From the NCBI GenBank assembly GCA_048939625.1, contig JBHLPH010000020.1, positions 1 through 32,845 on the forward strand: a DNA stretch of 32,845 bases, written 5' to 3'. The notes beneath the pieces are model-generated. The model was not told where the DNA came from. It worked only from the letters and a program-made list of their open reading frames with translations, and made no database searches. A program made the translations under genes and the position numbers. Source of the stretch: Promethearchaeota archaeon (GTDB lineage Archaea; Asgardarchaeota; Hermodarchaeia; Hermodarchaeales; Hermodarchaeaceae). Positions 26,185 through 32,845 of the stretch are shown in pieces (positions within the stretch are counted from its first letter, which is position 1; each line of letters opens with the position of its first letter).

Positions 26185-29100
26185 ATGACTCCAAAAGAAG
26201 ATGTTTCAAAAACCCCAACTACGACACCCAAGGATGAAAGTGCTGCTCAATGTGCGGCCCCAATTGTAATTTCAGCTGAATTATTGACCGCCTTGCAAAG
26301 CCGATTTAAACTCATTGAATCTGAAAGTCGTGCCTATACGGTCTTGTTAGTAATGGGACAGCTGACAGCCGATGAGGTTAGCAGCTATTCAGGAATACCT
26401 ATACTCAAGGTAAAAACTGTAATTGAAGCCCTTGAGAAAAAGCAGCTCATTAAATCCTTACCCGGTGTCGTTGCACGGTATCGTGCTTTTGCGCCTTACA
26501 AAGAATTAGCGGAAGAAGTACAGGCTTTCACCAAAGATACTGAAAAATCGTGGAAAGAACTACAGAAATTAGAGACAAAGACACTGAGTGAGATTCATGA
26601 AGAACTCCAATCATTGACGCGTCAAACCCGAAATGCACTCGAAAGCTTGAACGAGAGACAAGGAATTGCTCTAAATGAAGCGGCAATGGCGACAAATATT
26701 GTATTAAGCAATGTGGCAGAAAATCTGCAAAAATCATTAGAAAATCTAGCATCGTCGAGTGAAACTGAAATTACCCAGCAAAGTCAACAAATTCATCAAT
26801 CACTCGATAATATAATTGGCGAAGGGATAACGCAGCTAGAAGATACACAAAAACTTGCGTCAGAAGATGCCACACGGGCAATGAGCGCCCACCAAGAAGA
26901 AACTAAACAATGGATAAGTACAACAGCTGATCAACTCATTGCCCAATCGACTGAACTTTCACAACAGGTGAGAGCCCGTTTTGACGATGCAAACAACTTA
27001 CTTCATCGAAACGTAGACTCGGGAATCAAAGCCATTAATTCTGAAATCACGTCACAAAAAGAAGGAATCGCTGAACTATCCGAAGAAACGGCGTCAAGTT
27101 ACATTAGCAATCTAGAGCCCTACACTCAAGAACTACAACAAGTGTTGGAAGTTTTACAAAAAGAGAATTCACAAGTCTTAACAAAACACTCACAAATTCT
27201 TACCACACAGATTCGAGATACTTGGGCACAACGAATACAAGCGCTAGATAATTTGTTAGCAGAATTAAATAGGGTAACTCGAAAGGAAAACCGCCGACTA
27301 GGACAACAGACGAAAAAAGCGTTAGCAAAAATAGAGTCTACTATCAAGACTCATCGCGAAGCTACTCTTCAAAACGTGGAAGCGCTCTTTCAAGATTGGA
27401 AGAAAGTTCATGATCACGCTAGTCAAGAGTTACAACGCGTACATAGGGAAGCTGAAGCTGTAGTCACGGAATGGCCTCCTTCCTCTCTTGATTTCACGCA
27501 AATAACGAAAATAAAAACTTCAACTGCTAGCATATTGGAGCAATTAGAAACCGAGCACGACAAACTTCTTGAAAGTACCAGTCAAGCGCTTGGAGTGGAA
27601 ATACAGAACACCTACTTGGCTCAGCTACTTGAGGTTCATAATCAACTACAAGCCTTAATCAAAGCAAGCAAAACACAACAATCCAGTCTTTCTGAAAACT
27701 TCAAGTCAATCGCGGATCAAGTTGGACGCCGGCTAAAACGGCGATTAAGGACCGTTAAAAAAACAGCTGAAGCTTTTCTTTCAGATTTCCAAACAAAAGT
27801 GGAATTGCAAGAAGAACAACAACGAACACTTAGTAAAGAAATTCAGAAGCTCTTGAGCTCAGAGGCAGCAGCAGCAATTAAAGCTCTGGAAACCTCTGAA
27901 AAACAATTAACAGATTATGCTGGAACGCGATTAACACAGGCAGAAACGGCCATCAAAAAATCATCACGAGAGAATCTAGCCCAAGTCACGAAGACCCAGA
28001 CCATTGTTGAAAAACAGGCCCGATCGTTTCAAGCAGCGATGAAGAAGATAAATGGAGAAACGGAATCCGAACTTCAAACAGAATTAACCAAACTTGAAAA
28101 AATCATAAGACAATATTCTGAGGGAATTGAAAGTACTACTGAAAAACTTCGAGCAGAACAAAATCATACTATTGAAATCGTTGTTGGTGGGTATCAACCA
28201 GCGGTTACTGAACGCCAAGATCTACGAGATAGCGCTGTTTCAAAGGCGATTCGCTCTCTCACTACTCAGCTAGAGAAACGAAATCAAATATTTCTTACTA
28301 ACCTGAATAAAGTTCTGTCAGACGAGATTCCAACAATTGCCCTCTCAGCCTTGAATAAGTATCAAACCACACTTAAAAAGAAGAATACAGCCGCTCTCAG
28401 TCGAATAAAAACTGCTACAGAAGCAGTGATTTCAGAACAACTAACTGAAACAACACTCAAAGACTTCAATTCCATGATTGTAAAATCTCTTACGAAGCAG
28501 AGTGATGATGTTTCGAAGAGTTTTCAGGAATTTCTATCCACACAACAAATCCACCAAGACCAACAAGCAGAGTCTGCTTTGAGTCTAGCTCAGAACGAAT
28601 TGGTAGAAATACTTGGTCAAGGAATCGCTAAATCTAATAAAATGACTGCAAATGCTTTTCTAACTCAGATGAAACCGATTATTCGCGATTGTAAAACAAA
28701 AATTAGTCGCCAAACTAAACGCGAAAAACAAATCGACAAATTATTTCTGACCACTTATGAAAAAATCGAAGCTCTTTCTAAAGTCGCATTGGCGAGAGCG
28801 GCAAAAACAAAACGCGATAAGTTTAGCAAAGAGCTGCTAACAATATTCCAATCTTTCAAGACAAAACTCGAAAAGCAGACGAGCCGCGAGGATCAAATTG
28901 AAAACATTTTCCAATCCAGTATAAACCGTCTTGAAGAATTGCCTTCAACAACATTAACTGAAATCACTCAACCTCAGCTAGATAATCAACTTTCGAGTCT
29001 TCTCGCTATCTTTGTTGATTATCAGTCAGCATTAAAGCGGCAACACTTGGTTAACACGAAACAGATAACCAAAGAATTTCAATCACATCTGAAACGATTT

Positions 29101-31569
29101 TTACAAACAAATTGTGCGAAGATACTAAAACCTCAACTTACTGCCTTATTGAAATCTAGTGGAAAAGAGGTAATGGAAACCTATCGAACAAAAACTGCAA
29201 ACGAACAGATATCAAAGGAAGTACAAGCAGAGACAATTTTTCAAACCACCTTGGAGAAACAACTCCGAAGTCAACTCCAACCAAAGATTCGTGAATTTTC
29301 AACAATCCAGCGTCCATTACTCACCGAACCTATTGAAAAATTTGAATCAAACCTAAACGAGAAGATTAGAAAATTTGATTCGGATTCCCGAGCAATTGTT
29401 GAAAAACATTGGTTACCTCTTACAAAGATCATCGATGAATTTTCAGCAGCTGTCGTAGCAAATCTCACCGCTCTTAACACAGCAAGTGGAACCGCGATTG
29501 ACCAAGCTAGCGTGAATCTGAATGCGAGTCTTTCTAATTTCGCTGATGTGACTGCTAATCTCTTAACTACAACCATGCAAACCTTTGACCGAGAAAAGAG
29601 CACAATAAAAGAACAGGTTACTCAAGGTCTTTCTGAAATGCGAGAGGACTGCATCGCCCAGATTCAGGAAACACAAGCACTTCTCGAAACAATAGGCACT
29701 GATATCTCTGCACAAAGAGATGCTACTACTGAGAAAATTACATCGATGTCAAACGAAATCGAAAATACCACAGCCTTGAATCTAACAGCTCTCCGAGAAG
29801 GTGCAAATTCCTTTATTGAATCAATTCAAACCGAATTGCAAACTCAAGAAGATCGTGTAAATGATCTGAAGAAAACCATCCAAGAACTCATGCACAAAGA
29901 AGGCGTCACTCAAATTAAAATGCTGAACCGCGTTCAAGAACAATTAGAAAACTTCTCGAAAACGCAGATACTTAAAGCACAGAAAATCATCGAGACAATC
30001 GGGCAAACTTGCACAACTCTAATTGCTGAGCAAAGAGTTGCAATTAATCAGCTCTTTGAAGGATTTTCGGTTTCATTGTCAGAAGAAACTGAGGATTATG
30101 TTTCAACATTAGAACAGGAGTTAACTCAATTACAGATAAGCACTTCAAAATTAGTAGAAAAGATTGGAGAAACCGGTAAAATCATTGATACTGAATTAAA
30201 TACCCAAGCCGATTCAAGCCGAGAAGAATTGCGTAATGGAATTCTTAACCATTACACGACCCTTAGTACAGACACCTCTTCAACCTTTCAATCACTCATC
30301 GAGCAATCACGTGAAGGTCAAACACAACTCCTTGATAATCTGAAACAAGTGAAAGAAGAAGGAGGGGCACTTCTTGACCAAAATCAAGTTGAACTCAACA
30401 CGAAGATAACGAATACACTCAATGATCTCCTTTCGAGAAATGATCAGACCTATAAGACACAACTTAGCGAACTAAAAACAAAAACACAAAGCATTGAGTC
30501 ACGTTTTAGAGAAAATCTTTCAACAGCCAGCGACAAACTACAAGGATCAACAGACCAACTCTTAGAATCACTCACAGCATCATTGACTAACTCAGAAACT
30601 GAACTCACCAAACTCTTCTCGGATAGCATTGGTGCAATTGAAAACGCTAAGCAGGCTTTCCAAACCAAAGTGGGACAAGAATTAGAATTGGCCTTACAAA
30701 GTCAATCAAAGGCAATGAGTTTAACCGAGAGTCGATTGAACCGTGCCAATCAAGATAGCATTCGGCGGACAACAGACAGCTTACAGAACTTCAAAACTAC
30801 AGCCTTAAAGGATCTTCAACAAAAAACCACAATAATGGTGGGAGCCATCAATCAGGTACTCGACAATGCAAAAGAGGGGCTTGTGACTCAGACCCAACAA
30901 ACAGGAAGACGGGTTAGCCGTACTCTGGGTAAAGAACGCCAGATACTAAAAACTGAATATCAGACCCTAACAAAGGAAATCACAGCAAGAGTCAAAACCG
31001 CAGAAACCACTGCTGTAAACACTTTACAACTTTTTTCGTCCCAAACCGAGCCCACTTTGAATCGTCTACGAACACAGGCAGGACAAACAGAAGAAATTCT
31101 CATTGGTCTTTGGGACACGCTGACAAAGATGGAACCTGCTGAAGCTGAACGAACCTGGCGCATCGTTACTTGCGAGGGTATTCAGAATCATCTCTTGGAT
31201 ATGTTTAGGCGAGTCGACGAAACAATTACACTGGTCTATCCCTCATTTGACGAAGTGCCCATCGCAGAACTTAGTAGAATCCAACCCCAAAACCGCGTCC
31301 ATATCATTACTACCTTGGATGGTGATAAACACCAAGCCAGTGCTCAAAAGCTCCTACAGCAGGGTAATATTCGAATTTGGAATAATCCAAAAATGGAATT
31401 TTATGGCGGATCTCGTGATGGTGAAGAAGTCCTCATTGCTCCAACATATGGGAATCAGGGTGAGATTGTAGCAGTCGTAAGCGACCAAGCAAGTTATATT
31501 GCGCTATTCAACCAAACCTTAGGACCCCGATGGATATCTGCTTCCAATGAAATACTCCTCCGAAGCTAA
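26185..31569 (+). CDS. Giant TrmB-like protein: N-terminal TrmB winged HTH, about 1550-aa coiled-coil/apolipoprotein-like region, C-terminal TrmB effector (PLD-like) domain
   Basis: ESRAYTVLLVMGQLTADEVSSYSGIP...LEKKQLI...RYRAFAP at the N-terminus; Q/E/K/L/T/S-rich helical middle; C-terminal WRIVTCEGIQNHLLDMFRRVDETITLVYP...RDGEEVLIAP. Confidence 0.85.
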   Translation: MTPKEDVSKTPTTTPKDESAAQCAAPIVISAELLTALQSRFKLIESESRAYTVLLVMGQLTADEVSSYSGIPILKVKTVIEALEKKQLIKSLPGVVARYRAFAPYKELAEEVQAFTKDTEKSWKELQKLETKTLSEIHEELQSLTRQTRNALESLNERQGIALNEAAMATNIVLSNVAENLQKSLENLASSSETEITQQSQQIHQSLDNIIGEGITQLEDTQKLASEDATRAMSAHQEETKQWISTTADQLIAQSTELSQQVRARFDDANNLLHRNVDSGIKAINSEITSQKEGIAELSEETASSYISNLEPYTQELQQVLEVLQKENSQVLTKHSQILTTQIRDTWAQRIQALDNLLAELNRVTRKENRRLGQQTKKALAKIESTIKTHREATLQNVEALFQDWKKVHDHASQELQRVHREAEAVVTEWPPSSLDFTQITKIKTSTASILEQLETEHDKLLESTSQALGVEIQNTYLAQLLEVHNQLQALIKASKTQQSSLSENFKSIADQVGRRLKRRLRTVKKTAEAFLSDFQTKVELQEEQQRTLSKEIQKLLSSEAAAAIKALETSEKQLTDYAGTRLTQAETAIKKSSRENLAQVTKTQTIVEKQARSFQAAMKKINGETESELQTELTKLEKIIRQYSEGIESTTEKLRAEQNHTIEIVVGGYQPAVTERQDLRDSAVSKAIRSLTTQLEKRNQIFLTNLNKVLSDEIPTIALSALNKYQTTLKKKNTAALSRIKTATEAVISEQLTETTLKDFNSMIVKSLTKQSDDVSKSFQEFLSTQQIHQDQQAESALSLAQNELVEILGQGIAKSNKMTANAFLTQMKPIIRDCKTKISRQTKREKQIDKLFLTTYEKIEALSKVALARAAKTKRDKFSKELLTIFQSFKTKLEKQTSREDQIENIFQSSINRLEELPSTTLTEITQPQLDNQLSSLLAIFVDYQSALKRQHLVNTKQITKEFQSHLKRFLQTNCAKILKPQLTALLKSSGKEVMETYRTKTANEQISKEVQAETIFQTTLEKQLRSQLQPKIREFSTIQRPLLTEPIEKFESNLNEKIRKFDSDSRAIVEKHWLPLTKIIDEFSAAVVANLTALNTASGTAIDQASVNLNASLSNFADVTANLLTTTMQTFDREKSTIKEQVTQGLSEMREDCIAQIQETQALLETIGTDISAQRDATTEKITSMSNEIENTTALNLTALREGANSFIESIQTELQTQEDRVNDLKKTIQELMHKEGVTQIKMLNRVQEQLENFSKTQILKAQKIIETIGQTCTTLIAEQRVAINQLFEGFSVSLSEETEDYVSTLEQELTQLQISTSKLVEKIGETGKIIDTELNTQADSSREELRNGILNHYTTLSTDTSSTFQSLIEQSREGQTQLLDNLKQVKEEGGALLDQNQVELNTKITNTLNDLLSRNDQTYKTQLSELKTKTQSIESRFRENLSTASDKLQGSTDQLLESLTASLTNSETELTKLFSDSIGAIENAKQAFQTKVGQELELALQSQSKAMSLTESRLNRANQDSIRRTTDSLQNFKTTALKDLQQKTTIMVGAINQVLDNAKEGLVTQTQQTGRRVSRTLGKERQILKTEYQTLTKEITARVKTAETTAVNTLQLFSSQTEPTLNRLRTQAGQTEEILIGLWDTLTKMEPAEAERTWRIVTCEGIQNHLLDMFRRVDETITLVYPSFDEVPIAELSRIQPQNRVHIITTLDGDKHQASAQKLLQQGNIRIWNNPKMEFYGGSRDGEEVLIAPTYGNQGEIVAVVSDQASYIALFNQTLGPRWISASNEILLRS
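28190..29360 (+). repeat. Degenerate ~55-aa (165-nt) protein repeat inside the giant ORF
   Basis: KTKISRQTKREKQIDKLF (28693), KTKLEKQTSREDQIENIF (28858) and QSALKRQ (29023) are spaced exactly 165 nt apart; QTTLKKK at 28363 is in the same register. Confidence 0.65.
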
Positions 31570-31582
31570 GAACATCCTGTCG

Positions 31583-32845
31583 TTAAGATCGTCCAACCCG
31601 CTCAGTTGAAGCTTTCCGTTCAAACTGAGTCTTGTATAATTGTTCGACTCGTTGAATTGTGTCCGCTTCTTGGGGATCTTTATCATACCTTAAGCGCTTA
31701 ATCCGAGCAAATCGTAATGCCATCCCCGATTTGTACGTAGGACTTCGTTGAATCTCATCGTATTCGACTTCAACAACAATGCGAGGTTGAACAGTTACAA
31801 TTCCCCTGTGTTGTTCAATCTTGAGTTCGAGTAATCGCTGAGTAATTTCTTCAAATTCCGCATCTGTTAGTCCCTTGAAAGTCTTCCCTAACATATGATA
31901 TTCACCAGTTTCGGAATCTTGAGCTGCGAGATGATAATCGCTTAGCCATTTATGGCGACGCCCAGTTCCCCATTCAGCGGCAATAATCACGAGATCGAGG
32001 TTTTCCATGGTTTGTTTAACCTTCAACCATGCCTTACCCCTCGTTCCCGGTTGATATGGACTATCCAATCGTTTTGCTACGAGACCTTCGTGGCCTGCTT
32101 CAATTGCCTTATCGAAAAAGACCTGAGCTTCCGCTGAATCAGAAGTTACCAATTGGTCTACTAATGCAATAGACCCACGTAGAGTGCTCAACCGTTCTCG
32201 TCGACTATTATACGGCACATCAATGAGAACCTCAGTATCTTGCATGAGTACATCAAACAGGTAAAGAGAAACGGGAATCTCATCAACCATTTCATCGACA
32301 TTACGAATACGTCGAAACCGTCGCATTAAATGTTGGAAAGGATATGGACGACCATCAGGACCTTCAGCCAGCACTTCGCCTTCAAGAATACAACTCTGAG
32401 CCGTAACCTGGTGGCTTACCAACTCCACAATATCTGGTAAACTAACTGTAACATCTGTGAGCCTTCGACTGTAGATTCTAATTTTTGATTGGCTATTCTG
32501 ACGTTGTAGATGAATTTGTACACGGGCACCATCCAACTTCATTTCAAACGCGGATGTGCCTTCATGAATCTGTAAAGCATCCTCAACATCCTCGGCTTGA
32601 GCAGCTAACATCGGCAGTAACGGAGTAAAAGGCTGTAATTGCACCTGTTTGAGTCCCTTAGCACCTTCGTGGAAGGCTAGTCGAGTTACCTTCCCAATAT
32701 TACCTGTGAGCATATTGGCCCGTCTAACAAGATCTAAAGGTAAATTGAGTGCTCGAGCAATACTGCTTTCAAGCATACCTTCACTGAAGCCAATGCGTTG
32801 ATCGCCAACAAGGAGTTTTGCTATATACTTGGCTTCAATGGGGGT
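31583..32845 (-). CDS. lig: ATP-dependent DNA ligase (archaeal); 5' end truncated by the window
   Basis: Motif I EMKLDGARVQIH, EGEV, LFDVL, EGLVAK, WLKVK and LRFARIKRLRYDK; the frame is open to 32845 (TPIEAKYIAKLLVGDQRIG). Confidence 0.96.
   Translation of the reverse strand, partial: TPIEAKYIAKLLVGDQRIGFSEGMLESSIARALNLPLDLVRRANMLTGNIGKVTRLAFHEGAKGLKQVQLQPFTPLLPMLAAQAEDVEDALQIHEGTSAFEMKLDGARVQIHLQRQNSQSKIRIYSRRLTDVTVSLPDIVELVSHQVTAQSCILEGEVLAEGPDGRPYPFQHLMRRFRRIRNVDEMVDEIPVSLYLFDVLMQDTEVLIDVPYNSRRERLSTLRGSIALVDQLVTSDSAEAQVFFDKAIEAGHEGLVAKRLDSPYQPGTRGKAWLKVKQTMENLDLVIIAAEWGTGRRHKWLSDYHLAAQDSETGEYHMLGKTFKGLTDAEFEEITQRLLELKIEQHRGIVTVQPRIVVEVEYDEIQRSPTYKSGMALRFARIKRLRYDKDPQEADTIQRVEQLYKTQFERKASTERVGRS

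Noticed and set aside
26185-31569. SMC/Rad50 or phage tape-measure assignment for the giant ORF
   Set aside because: No Walker A/B, signature, hinge or zinc-hook motif, no phage genes nearby, and the termini are TrmB-like.
1-32845. tRNA, rRNA, CRISPR arrays, IS elements, and the remaining short antisense ORFs in the track
   Set aside because: None recognised. Intergenic gaps are short, and the small ORFs overlap well-supported genes without showing motifs.

Overview
Archaeal chromosomal window, most likely from an Asgard archaeon. The basis is a Rab/Ras-like small GTPase, a longin-domain protein, an MIT-domain protein, and archaeal-type PheRS, AsnRS, XPB/Bax1, tungsten AOR and ATP-dependent ligase. 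I saw no RNA genes, CRISPR arrays or mobile elements. The window holds about 24 CDSs (two truncated by the window edges) and one decayed flavoprotein pseudogene. Main points of interest: (1) a Phe-rich leader ORF upstream of pheST whose Phe codons overlap an anti-Shine-Dalgarno sequence, a candidate archaeal translational attenuator; (2) a very sharp strand-compositional skew inversion inside the GTPase gene at about 15798; (3) an MIT + degenerate-PLD protein with the architecture of eukaryotic MITD1, next to a longin + winged-helix protein and the GTPase; (4) a 1794-aa TrmB-type protein split by about 1550 aa of coiled coil with 55-aa repeats; (5) a PIN/helical-repeat protein inserted between xpb and bax1; (6) a membrane C4HC3-finger protein coupled to a CPBP intramembrane protease; (7) an ACAD-SCP2-MaoC fusion. 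All domain calls come from reading motifs by eye; no searches were run.
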